Virus record (IMG/VR): IMGVR_UViG_3300015371_000004
Span: 32,001 to 96,000 of that record
DNA length: 64,000 nt
Source of the DNA: a virus
Reading direction: 5' to 3' (one strand)
A program made the translations under genes and the position numbers. The notes beneath the pieces are model-generated. The model saw nothing but the letters and a program-made list of their open reading frames with translations, was not told where the DNA came from and searched no databases. Positions 47,265-57,136 of this stretch are shown here, one piece after another (the stretch's first letter is position 1; every line of letters starts with the position of its first letter).

Positions 47265-47309
47265 TTAGACGTGTGGAAGGGGCAAAAGGTTCCAATTACA
47301 GAAGTGTAA
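47265..47309 (-). promoter_or_regulatory. ECF-like promoter + TTACA-N4-TGTAA palindrome
   Basis: GGAAC-N17-CGTCTAA; palindrome at 47296-47309. Confidence 0.75.
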
Positions 47310-47685
47310 GGCTAGGGCAGCCGCCCTACGTCGATGGAGCCGATGAGCCAGAGGAGGAAGAGCGCGACGGCTGCGGCGGCGACTTCAACGCTCGCGTCCG
47401 ATCGGAAGGCGCGGCCCGGGTCGTCGGCCTCGGGCGGGGGTGTCGGGCGGCTGGTCGCTCAGGTCGTCACTCCAGATCAACCGGCTCATGTGTCCTCCTT
47501 GGCAATCGCGTCGAGCGCCTTCGCGCGCTCGGCAGGAAACGCCCCAATCGCCCGGGCCAAGGCGTCGCGCATCGGCGGGACCAGCACGGCCATGTAGCAG
47601 GCCGCCAGCTCGGCATCCGTATGCAGGGCCAGCGGCGCCCCGCAGATTTTGCAGCCGCGCGTGCCGCTGGCGTAGACAGCGCTCA

Positions 47686-49069
47686 TCAGGTCGGCCGCCA
47701 CTCGCCGGGGTGCAGCGCGTAGTAGGGCTGATTGTAGAGGTAGCGCGTCATCGGCGCCGGGCCCGACTCGCCCACGCACGAGAGCCACCACCAGCCGTCT
47801 TGGAGCGGCCCGCCGACCTCGGAGAGAAACCGGCCCGCCCACCCGTAGACGTGGACCTTCTCAGCCTCGTCGTGGAAGACCGTCTCCCCCGGATAGCATT
47901 CCCGGGCCAGCGCGACCAAGCCGCGCTTGACCGCCCAGTAGCTCGGCTCGGCAATCGGGATCCGCAGGCCCGCGGCGTCGGGCGTCTTGGGCACCCGCAC
48001 CAAGAGGGCCTGCACCTTCTGGTGCAGGATGTCGCGCCGGATCGCGTCCTCCATCACGTCCCACCGGGACCCGTCTTCGGCTTCGAAGATCGTCAGCTGT
48101 TTCATTTTCGCCTCCGCGCCGCCTTGGTCGGTGGTTTGGTCGCGTAGTCCGACAGGGTCTTCTTCCGGAACGCCTTCGCTTTCTTCGCGAGATTCCCGGC
48201 CGCGACCAGCTGCCGCCAGTGCGCCTCGACCTCCGGATGGGCATGGGTCTTCTCGGCCAAGAGCTTCTCGGCCTGCTCACCCAGCCACGGCTGCCATCCG
48301 AGGATCGCCTCCCGCAGCCGCTGCTGGAGGTTGAACTGGGGGTAGAGCGCATCCTCCCCCTTGAGGAGGATGAAGGGCCCCTTGATGCCCCGCGTCCGCC
48401 GGATGACGTCGAAGTCGGCGCAGCTGGCCTGAAACCCGGTCATGCCCAGCGTCCCGCAGACGTAGTTGAACGTCGCCGTCGCCGAGAGACTCGCCGCGTA
48501 GACGCACGTCCCATAGGTATGCGCCCCAGTCACCAGCCCCCGGATGTAGTCGCCCAGCTCGGCCTCGGTCTTCGGCCACGGCGCCGCCGCGTCCCGCATG
48601 GCCGCTTCGACGTGACCGGCCGCCTTGGCCTCCCGTTCGGCCTTCCGCTCGTCCTTCTGCAGCTGAGTCCTGATTTGCGTCTTGGCCGACGCCCCCCAGC
48701 TCTTTCGCTTCTTCTGTGCCTTCCGCCTCATCCCTGCCTCCCCGGTGTCACCTTCGTCGCCTGCCCGCTCCGGAGCAAGGCTTCCGTGATGTCCCCGTCT
48801 TGGACGCAGAGCTGCGCAGCCGTCAGCGTCACCACGTCCGGGACGTCGTAGACGAGAAACCGCAGCTGCCCCTCCTCAAACAGGAAATCCAGATCCTTGG
48901 CCAGCTCCGGGTCGGTCGGCTCCCACGCGCAGACGATGTACTTCGGCAGCCGCCCGAGGATCCGCTCATAGGCCACCCGGACCGCCTCGGTGAGGGCCTC
49001 AGCCGACCCGGCAGGCGCCTGCCCCTCAATCTCTCCGACCGAACACGTCCAACTGCGCCGATCCGTCAT
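47686..49069 (-). other. Hypothetical ORFs 47686-48105, 48102-48731, 48728-49069
   Basis: ATGA-coupled coding-like ORFs downstream of GGGGTAACAC (49116-49125). Confidence 0.6.
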
Positions 49070-49129
49070 GACCCCTCCTGCCCCTCTACCGGCATCACGT
49101 CCCCCTTCTGCCAGAGTGTTACCCCAACC

Positions 49130-50340
49130 AGAGGGTCTTCTCCCTGAGAGTCGTCTGCTTCAGCTCAGGGTCAGAGAATTCCCCGGAAAATTTCTCTACG
49201 GGGGACGGATCTGGGGAGGGGACTCATCATGCTCTGCGTTTAGCGCGATCTGGCCCGGTCGATCGCGAGGACGACGCTCGGGTCAGCGGAGCGAAGACGC
49301 CACGGGCCTGCCGCGCCCACGCTCAGGCTGTAGCTCAGGCCAATTCAGATGTGCAACAGGGTCAAACACTGAGTAGGGCAGGTGGCAGTCTGTGATCTGT
49401 GTGCGTATTGTGAGGATGTACCGGTACAGGGCCCCACGCCACAGGAGCAGCGCCTGCCTGCGGTAGGAGGGGCGGGTATGCCTCAGGGCCTCGGTGAGCT
49501 GCAGGTAGTCCTGCAGGGCCTTCTCCAGCCGAAATTCGGTCCGATACTTTTCAGAGCGCCAAATAGGCATACCGGGCAGGGTCGAGCATACCACCCCAGA
49601 CAAGCCTCCTGATCACGTATCCAGAAAGTCAGCCTCCACTGTCAGGAAATTTGTCTTTAGATTCAACAACTTACAGTCGATCTGGGGCGACGTCTGATAA
49701 CAGGTCTTATGTTGAGTCGTCACAGGGGTTAACTCTTTTAGAATCAGTGAGTTAACTCTTTCGCTTTGCGGGCGAAACTGCATAGACGCGTGCATAGGGC
49801 AGGCTTACGTAGAAATTGTGGCGAGCTGGGCTCTGGGCTTTCGCCTAGAGCTGCGCTCGGTGTCGCCTCGGGGAAAACGTCCTCTCTCGATCAAAAGACT
49901 GAGCAATTCTGCTAATCCCAATACTGGGAATCAGGGGCACTTTCGCCTGTGTGTGCTTCCCACTTTGCCTGTGTGAGGGGGCTGGAGGGGTGTAGGGCCC
50001 CTAAAATGACCAGAATTGTCCTCAGCAGAGTACAGATCCGAGCTAGATCTCCCCCTATAGCAGCACTGATACTGACCTAGTAGAGCATGACTATGAATGA
50101 GGGAATGACTGCACTACTGAGGGGGATATGACTGAGGGAGGAGAGGGGAATGAGGGGAGGCTCAGTAATAGGGGGCTGGTATATAGACCAGCTGATGAGG
50201 GGCCGGTTTTCTCAGGGGATTTTTGCTGAGGGTGTGGGTATATGAGGTTCAGAAGCGAAGAGAAGACGACACGGTCACGGGAACAAGTATTCGGGGGCTG
50301 GGAACAAGAATACGGGCCCGAGAAGGCCACGAAAAACGGG
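49130..50340. other. Lower-GC, poorly coding region with two IHF-box-like sites
   Basis: Visible compositional shift; ATTCAACAACTTA (49661-49673) and AATCAGTGAGTTA (49742-49754) compared with WATCARNNNNTTR. Confidence 0.5.
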
Positions 50341-50868
50341 TCAGAGACGGGGGTCTTTGAGATGCAGGGTGAGGACATTTCCCTCACACGAGAGCGTGAG
50401 ATCGAGGGAGGTGTCATTGACCAGTTTGAGGCGGGGCATGTCTTCGAGGAGGGCAATCACCTCGGCAAGAGAGACGGACTCGTCAGCTGAGGCATAGAAG
50501 TCGATGCTGAAGGGGGGCGGCGTCTCGGGGACCGGGTGGAGGCCGGAGTGGCCCATGCTGAGAATGGGGGCGTCGAAGGGCAAGGACCGGGAGGCCTCGG
50601 CGTGTTGGCGTTCGAGGGCGTCCGAGCAGGCCCGGAGAATTCTGATGGCGCGCTGGCGCGGGGTCTCAGGGTCGGTCATGGGGTGGGAGGGTCAGCCAGC
50701 CGAGGAGCTGGAGGAGGCCGGAGACGACGAGCGTCAGGACGAGGAGCGGCCAGAAAAGAGCCAGCGCCCCGCGCATGTTCAGGGAATCGAGGGGCCGGGC
50801 GCAGAACCGGGCGACGAGGATCCCGAGGCCCACGTAGGCACCGACCGAGACGGTCCACGCGAGAACGG

Positions 50869-51060
50869 TCATGGCTGGGCGGCCTGCTGGGTCATCCACG
50901 CGGTCACTTCCTCTTCGACCCAGCGGATGGTGCGAGCCGTCAGGTAGCGCCGACGCGGGAACGTCCCGGCCTGTTCGAGGCGGAGGATAGTCGACCGGCT
51001 CAGCGTCGTCAGGGCCGAGACCTCGTCGAGCCGGAGCATGCGGAGCGGGGCGTCCGTCAT
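50869..51060 (-). CDS. AlpA-family HTH regulator/excisionase-like protein
   Basis: LRLDEVSALTTLSRSTILRLEQAGTFP...WVEEEVTAW. Confidence 0.88.
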   Translation of the reverse strand: MTDAPLRMLRLDEVSALTTLSRSTILRLEQAGTFPRRRYLTARTIRWVEEEVTAWMTQQAAQP

Positions 51061-51439
51061 GGACGGCGCCGGGGACCGGGGGCCGGGATGGGTGGAATCG
51101 GCTGGGCCTCGGCGAGGGCCTGCTGATAGGCCTGCTGGCTGAGCCGGGCGTTGAGCTGCCGCTGCTGAATCTCAAGGACGAGCAGGTCCTTGACGAAGGG
51201 CAGGAGTTCCTGCCGGGTATAGGTCAGACAGGCCGTCAGGGCCGTGAGCGCGTCTTCGAGCACGCCTTGGCCGCTCTCGGTGGTAGCTTGGGCAAGGGCC
51301 TGCTCGTATTTCTTGGGCATGGGGAATCTCCTTGAGGAATACGCCTTCGGGGGACGACGAGAGACAAACCGATGAGAAAGCCCTCGCCGCACCCTGCCAC
51401 GGGCCACCTCCCTGCGGTGCCCCCGAAGTCGAGAGAGTA

Positions 51440-53671
51440 TTACCCCGAATGCCGGTGGGGCGTCGAGACGACCCGCACGGTGCCCTGCGGCTGCCATTCG
51501 AGGACGGTGCCGCAGATGGTGCACTGCCAGCGCGCGCAGTCGCCATGGCCGTGCACCTCAAAGGTCGGGCTATGGGGGTAGAGCGTGCCTGCCGAGACGA
51601 GCGTCACACGCTCGACGCGGACCAGATCGGCATTGGCGCACATCGGACAGACCAGCGGTTCGTTGGCCATCAGAGAATCTCCTGCCAGTTGACGTTGGGC
51701 GGCACGGGTTCATCGGGCTCGGCCCTGAGGAGCGTCAGACTCCACCAGCTGGCCTCGTCGGCCAGAAGCAGGCGCCCGGGGGCCGGGGCCGTGCGGGGAT
51801 GGTCCTGCCGCAGATGGTCGCGCATCGCCTTGACAAGCAGCCCCGCGTCGGTCTCCCACGTGCTCTCGGTGAGCAGGCCGCAGTTCAGGCATTTGAGCCA
51901 GTACGCAGTCAGGTCTTCTTTGTGGACGCCTGGCGGGACGCTGAGGATCGGGCCCAGCTCGACGCCCACGGTGTCCGGCCAGCGCGCGAGTCGCTGGGGG
52001 AGGAGCAGCCCCAACGGATGGACCGCCCAGCCGTAGAGATACTGGTCGCTGGCGCTGGAAAATGCCCAGCTGTGCCCCGGGGACCCGGAGACCGGCCCCA
52101 TGGCGACCGGGACAAACCCTCCGGCCGATGGACTGGAGCCCTGTGCCACCCCGACACTCGGCCCTCGGCGCCCGATCCCCCCGACGTAGGGCGGGTAAAA
52201 ACCGGAGTGTGCACGCGTCAGACACGCCACGCACACCAACTCCGTGTCGTCGAGGCGGATCGGGCTGAGCGCGACCGGCATCACCCGCTGGCAGGTGTGG
52301 CAGACGGGCATCAGAGATTTCCCAAGAGGGCGGGCCAGTCAATCGAGGGCGGCGGCCCCTCATCCTCGACGAGGAAGACGCCCACGGCGCGCATCCACTG
52401 CGGGCGGATGTCAGTCCGGGCAAACACATGCGAGATGAAGTGCTGACCCGCCTCGCGCTCGATCACCTCGATGGACGTCTCTTCGGAGGACCGCGACTGC
52501 CAGCCACAGCCCACCTTAGGGCAGACCATCCAGTAGACGTAGCCCGAGGTCAGAAACCCGTGCGCTTTCTTGAGCAGGCTGGCCATGGTCGCGGGCGGGT
52601 CGCAGTTCATGACGACGTAGGCGCCGATGAGATTGGGGGGCGCGTCGGGCAGGCACGACGCGCAGATGAACGCATCGCCCAAGATCAAAGGCACGTCGCA
52701 GGTGCCCTTGCAGACCCCGCAGGTTTCGGTCGCCATCAGAGCACGTCGTCGAAGTTGACCGCCGACGGCGGCGGGGGCGGATCTTCAGTGTGTGCGCGCA
52801 GCCGCTCGATCTCCCGGAGCATCGCGACCATGAGGCCCGGCAAGGAGATCATGACCCGCTGGCCCGCGATTGTCAGCCCGAAGCTCATCTGATACAGCTG
52901 GGCGTCGTGCTGGACTTCCTGACAGACCAGTTCAAGTTCGGCGAGCGACACGGTGTCGAGCGGGAAGGCCATGGGCGTATAAATGGGCGCAGGCGGTGGC
53001 AGCCACCGGCTTTTGTCGAGCATATGAGCCCCGGACCGGAGCACGCGCCGGTTCCCGAAGGCTGTTTCGGTTGTGAGTGTGAAGTGGGCGACATCCACGA
53101 CATCGGGCTGCGTCGGCGAGTGCACATAGGAGACCGGTGGAAAGTTCGAGACCTCTAGGGACGGTCGGCCGGAGGGCACCGTCATTTCCATCCACCAGCC
53201 GGTCATGTCGACGAGGATGACCCGCTCCCCGGCTTTCAGTGACCCGGTCGGGGTGGAGGCCGACGGGCACTTCGGGCAGAGGGGCATGAACTGGCCCCGT
53301 CGAAGGTCCAGCCGCCATGCCGGATACTGCGTGAGCAGGATCTGCAGGAGATCCTGCAGGGTGTACGGCTCGTCACGCTCGGCGAGGAGATACCGCACGC
53401 GGGTGCCGCAGCCCGCGCACTCGGCCGTCTGCGTCAGCATGGTCGGCACGTGGGCAGGCTTACCGGCCACGGCACCGGGGACAGAGAATGCGCCCGCCGA
53501 CATAGACCGGTGACCAGCCTGCGGCGATGGCGGCCTGTATGGTCGGAACCTCAGTGCCGAGCGGCGTCGGTGGGGGCGGGACCTCGACCTTGAAGGTCTG
53601 GCGGAACCCGCAGCGCGTGCACTCTAGGGCTGAGGTGACGAATCGCTGCTTGGTGAGTCGATCGAGACGCA
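51440..53671 (-). other. Run of CxxC-rich small Zn-finger proteins (51440-51670, 51670-52311, 52311-52736, 52736-53503, 53460-53671)
   Basis: Multiple CxxC pairs per ORF; coupled starts and stops. Confidence 0.6.
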
Positions 53672-54178
53672 TGCTGCCCCCACGAGTGGCCAGCCCTGAT
53701 CCTTCGTCGACAGGATCCGCGGGCGGCCGGGCCACTGAATCCCGATGGCCGGATCGTCCCACCTCAGGCCCGCTTCGGCCTCCGGCCGGTACGCGCCGGT
53801 GACGGTGTAGACCACGATCGTCCCCTCGCGCATCACGAAGTAGCCGTGCGCGCACCCTGCGGGCACGGCCAGCGCCCACGGGGACTGATCGCTCAGGTAA
53901 TACCCCACCCAGCGCCGGAAGGTGTCACCGGGCCTCAGGTCCACGATCACATCAAAGATTTCGCCCTTGATCACGCTGATGAGCTTGGCCTGCTCGTACG
54001 GCGGCTGCTGGTAGTGCAGGCCGCGAAGCGTCCCGTAGTACGGATTCTCGACGACGTTGACCTGCGTGACGGGGCTGATGGGGCTGACGGTCGAGAGCGC
54101 GCCGCGCACGTCCCGGAACGCGAATTTCGGGACGAGTTGCACGCCGGGCAGGTCTTCGAGTGGCAGACCGGATGCCAT
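53624..54178 (-). CDS. rmlC: dTDP-4-dehydrorhamnose 3,5-epimerase-like cupin
   Basis: DVRG, GTLRGLHYQQPPYEQAKLI...GEIFDVIVDLR, VPAGCAHGY, GLRWDDPAIGIQWP...LSTKD. Confidence 0.9.
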   Translation of the reverse strand: MASGLPLEDLPGVQLVPKFAFRDVRGALSTVSPISPVTQVNVVENPYYGTLRGLHYQQPPYEQAKLISVIKGEIFDVIVDLRPGDTFRRWVGYYLSDQSPWALAVPAGCAHGYFVMREGTIVVYTVTGAYRPEAEAGLRWDDPAIGIQWPGRPRILSTKDQGWPLVGAACVSIDSPSSDSSPQP

Positions 54179-54327
54179 TACGCGATGCGCTTGCGCAGGA
54201 TCACCTGCCACTTCTGCGGGCCTTCCGACCATGCCGCGATGTAGACACTCCACCCATCGGCCTCCAGCTTCGCCAATTCAGTGGGGAGTTCCCCCGAGGT
54301 CAGTTTGCAGACTTTGTACTCGAACAC
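54178..54327 (-). CDS. 49-aa DUF4177-like protein
   Basis: MFEYKVCKL...LAKLEADGWSV...VILRKR. Confidence 0.5.
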   Translation of the reverse strand: MFEYKVCKLTSGELPTELAKLEADGWSVYIAAWSEGPQKWQVILRKRIA

Positions 54328-54815
54328 GGGTCCTCCTCGGCCGCCTCGAACATGGCCAACGCCGCCCGGTACCGCTTGGCGAGGGCTGCCGGGCAGCCGT
54401 CGCGCAGATTATCACGCAGGTCGGCGAGCTTGACCGCGCGCGCCAGCCCATTTCTCGACGTGATGATGCGCAGGATGTACTTCAGGTAGGTCTCCTCGGG
54501 CTGCCGTGTGAGCACGACCACCGCATAGACCACCTCGGGCCAGAACAGGTCGGCCAGATGCTCGATCTGCGTGTCGGTGTCTTCGAGAATGTCGTGCAGC
54601 CACGCCACCCGCTCGGCCATGATCAGGTCCCGCCCGTGGAGGCCCGATTCGTTCCGGACGGCCAAGGCCACCCGCTCCACGTGGGCCAGCTTGGGCTGGC
54701 CCTGCTTGTCCTCGCCCCGCATGGTCATCCGGGCGAAAAGCTGCGCGTCCCCATACAGGGACGCGCCATACCCGCCGACGGTGGGTAACGATTTTGTCAT
54801 TGATACGGTCTCCAT
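54300..54815 (-). CDS. HD-domain hydrolase (RelA/SpoT-HD / Mesh1-like)
   Basis: DKQGQPKLAHVERVA, AWLHDILEDT, VKLADLRDN. Confidence 0.8.
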   Translation of the reverse strand: METVSMTKSLPTVGGYGASLYGDAQLFARMTMRGEDKQGQPKLAHVERVALAVRNESGLHGRDLIMAERVAWLHDILEDTDTQIEHLADLFWPEVVYAVVVLTRQPEETYLKYILRIITSRNGLARAVKLADLRDNLRDGCPAALAKRYRAALAMFEAAEEDPCSSTKSAN

Positions 54816-54833
54816 CAGATTCCTCCCATAGGG

Positions 54834-54882
54834 GTTATACCCCAACCCTGTGACCCAACCTGTCACGCGGCCGGGGTATAAC
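54834..54882. promoter_or_regulatory. Divergent GGGGTATAAC motifs at the strand switch
   Basis: Minus copy 54843-54834, plus copy 54873-54882; GTGAC-N7-GTCAC between them. Confidence 0.7.
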
Positions 54883-54951
54883 TCTCATGAAGGCAGGGAT
54901 TGGACGACGGCAATCAGGCCGACCCGCTCCCTACCAGACAGGATGGTCCCA

Positions 54952-56073
54952 GTGAAGCAAGGTCGATCCCTCCAAGAGCTGGCCGCCGAACTCGAACGCC
55001 AGACGGTTACCCGCAAAGACTACATCGCGCCGCAGGGCAAGCTCGAAGCCGTGACGAACGGGGATGGAGCGCAGGTCACCATTCGCGGGCTGAACGGTGA
55101 CGAGTACGGCGTCACCCCGCACGCCCACCGCCAGATCGCGGAAGTGCTGGGCATTCCCCAGCGCTACTACGACACGATGCTCGTCGAGCAGCCCCAGCTG
55201 CTGACCCAGAACATCAACACATGGCTCAAGGCCACCCCGGACGAGGGACGCATGGTCCGCACCCTCGATGCCAAGGTCCGCGCCTTCATGAGCCCGAAGT
55301 ACCGCCCGCTCGACAACTACCCGCTGGCCGGTGCGGTGCTGCCCAAGCTCATCGAGGTCGGCGCCGAGGTCCAGTCCTGCGAGCTGACCGCCACGCGCCT
55401 CTACATCAAGGCCACCCTCCCGGGACTCTCCGATGAGCTGCCCGAGGGCCTGCAGTGGGGCGTGGGCCACAACCGGGTCGAAGGCGGCAAGATTTGCGCC
55501 GCCGTCGTCATCGCCAACAGCGAAGTCGGCGCGGGCACGCTCCGGGTCGAGCCCTCGGTCTTCACGTCCAGCTGCACGAATCTCCTGATTCTCGTGGCCG
55601 CGGCGATGAAGAAGTATCACATCGGGCGCGCGTTCGATGCGCAGGAAGACTTCAGCATCTACCGCGACGAGACCCGGGAGCAGGACGACAAGGCCTTCTT
55701 CATGAAGGTGCAGGACGTCGTCGAACGGGCCTTCAATCGGGAGGCCTTCAAGGCCGCAGCTGACGGGATCCGCAAGGCGGCCCTGACGCCGATTGCCAAG
55801 GACAAGGACGCGCTCAACCTGCCTGCCACGGTCGAGCAGACCGTGAAGGTGCTGGCCCTGCCTGAGCGGACCGGCTCGAACATCCTGACCCACTTGGCCG
55901 CGGGCGGCGACTTCAGCCTCTGGGGGCTGTCGAGCGCCATCACGCGGACGGCCAACGATGCGGCCGATTACGAGGAGGCCACCGCGCTCGAACGGGCCGG
56001 GGGTCGCGTGCTCGCGCTGCCGGAGAGGGACTGGAATGCCATTCTTACCGCTGGCGATAAAGCCGCCGCGTAA
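54952..56073 (+). CDS. DUF932-like protein
   Basis: MKQGRSLQELAAELERQ...RAFMSPKYRPLDN...IANSEVGAG...CTNL...WGLSSAITRTA...LERAGG. Confidence 0.75.
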   Translation: MKQGRSLQELAAELERQTVTRKDYIAPQGKLEAVTNGDGAQVTIRGLNGDEYGVTPHAHRQIAEVLGIPQRYYDTMLVEQPQLLTQNINTWLKATPDEGRMVRTLDAKVRAFMSPKYRPLDNYPLAGAVLPKLIEVGAEVQSCELTATRLYIKATLPGLSDELPEGLQWGVGHNRVEGGKICAAVVIANSEVGAGTLRVEPSVFTSSCTNLLILVAAAMKKYHIGRAFDAQEDFSIYRDETREQDDKAFFMKVQDVVERAFNREAFKAAADGIRKAALTPIAKDKDALNLPATVEQTVKVLALPERTGSNILTHLAAGGDFSLWGLSSAITRTANDAADYEEATALERAGGRVLALPERDWNAILTAGDKAAA

Positions 56074-56272
56074 GCGGGCGACACGTCACACGCAACCGAG
56101 GGGCCCTGCCCCTCGGTTGGTCCGTCGAGTGTGGCTGGGCACGAAGCAGCATCAGGACTGGGCCCCCTGCCCACGGTGCAGGGCTCTCACCCCATGGATC
56201 CTCGGCGCACGGGGCAGCCACTGGGTCCGATGGTGTAACGCTTGTCAGATTTCCTTTTGAAGGGAGCCGAGT

Positions 56273-56470
56273 ATGGTGGACCTCGACACGCAGTTTCAGG
56301 CGCCGACCGAGCAGCAAGTCATTCGGATGAAAGTCATCCAAGGCGCCGCGAAGGCACTGGCGATGGCGATCATCAACAACGCTCCTGCAGGCGAAGGGCA
56401 AGTGGACGCCCTCAAGAAAGTCCGCGAGGCGATGATGGCCGCGAACATCTTGATCGTCTTGGAAAAGTAG
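56273..56470 (+). CDS. Acb2/Tad1-like helical hairpin protein (candidate signal sponge)
   Basis: FQAPTEQQ...AAKALA..I...AP.....DALKKVREAMMAAN pattern; AAGGGAG SD. Confidence 0.55.
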   Translation: MVDLDTQFQAPTEQQVIRMKVIQGAAKALAMAIINNAPAGEGQVDALKKVREAMMAANILIVLEK

Positions 56471-56488
56471 GGAGGATCCCATGTGTAA

Positions 56489-56836
56489 ATGCGGATGCAA
56501 CGTCGGGGATTGCTCATGCGACACGGGCGCGTACGCCTTTTTCCGGTGGGTGCAGGAGGAGTTTGCGGAGTGGGCCGCGAACCTGATCTTCTGGCACTGG
56601 CGCTGAGGGAAGCCATGGCTCGCGTACAGATTCACGTCGTCGATCGCTATGCCAACGGGGCTGCCATCAATCGGGCCTACGATCAGGCCGCCACCGACTT
56701 TCAGCAGCGCGGTGGCGCCCATGTGACCCTCGATGAAGGCCTCATGACCGTGCGGGTCACGATCACCCCGGATATTGGCGACTGGGCGGCTATCCACCCT
56801 GATCGCAAAGGGGACTGGCCCACGATGCTTCGATGA
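56489..56836 (+). CDS. Hypothetical protein
   Basis: Coding-like 115-aa ORF. Confidence 0.5.
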   Translation: MRMQRRGLLMRHGRVRLFPVGAGGVCGVGREPDLLALALREAMARVQIHVVDRYANGAAINRAYDQAATDFQQRGGAHVTLDEGLMTVRVTITPDIGDWAAIHPDRKGDWPTMLR

Positions 56837-56998
56837 CCGCGCCACCCAAGCCGACGCCACCTCCGCTCCGAGAGCAGGCGGACTTCACAGTCAGCACGAT
56901 CATCGGGCTCTGGTTCATCGTGGTCCTCTTAATCGTCGTCGGCGTCACCGTGGGTGCGCTGATCTGGCCGCGACCCGGGGTATAACCCTCCGCACGCC

Positions 56999-57136
56999 AT
57001 GAATGTTCCGGTCAAGCGGTTACTTCGACGTAACTACAGGTGGCGTGTCAGGCACTACCAGTTCGTGGAAATGGGCCTGCTTTGGGCGTTTCTATCTAGC
57101 CTGATGGTGCTCGCATATTTTCTCGATGGCCGATGA
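56999..57136 (+). CDS. 45-aa membrane peptide coupled to the helicase
   Basis: MNVPVKRLLRRNYRWRVRHYQFVEMGLLWAFLSSLMVLAYFLDGR; ATGA overlap at 57133; follows GGGGTATAAC. Confidence 0.45.
   Translation: MNVPVKRLLRRNYRWRVRHYQFVEMGLLWAFLSSLMVLAYFLDGR

Noticed and set aside
19851-47309. TACGTCTAAAT repeats as Xer/dif or att recombination sites
   Set aside because: They resemble the XerD arm only loosely and lack the 6-bp spacer and XerC arm. Fixed 16-17 bp spacing to GGAAC and a downstream SD fit promoters better.
49613-50490. ORFs 49613..49795, 50091..50456 and 50242..50490
   Set aside because: Atypical composition or overlap with the better ORF 50341..50679; no SD or motifs.
65-54788. Many long plus-strand ORFs in the track (e.g. 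65..1069, 2444..3511, 16846..18222, 32858..34189, 42230..43570)
   Set aside because: They are antisense shadows of recognisable minus-strand genes in high-GC DNA, with no motifs or SD. Exceptions are the real plus-strand genes at 20136-20832.
54849-54867. CRP/FNR box between the divergent promoter motifs
   Set aside because: Spacing is TGTGA-N9-TCAC rather than N6; kept only as an unassigned palindrome.
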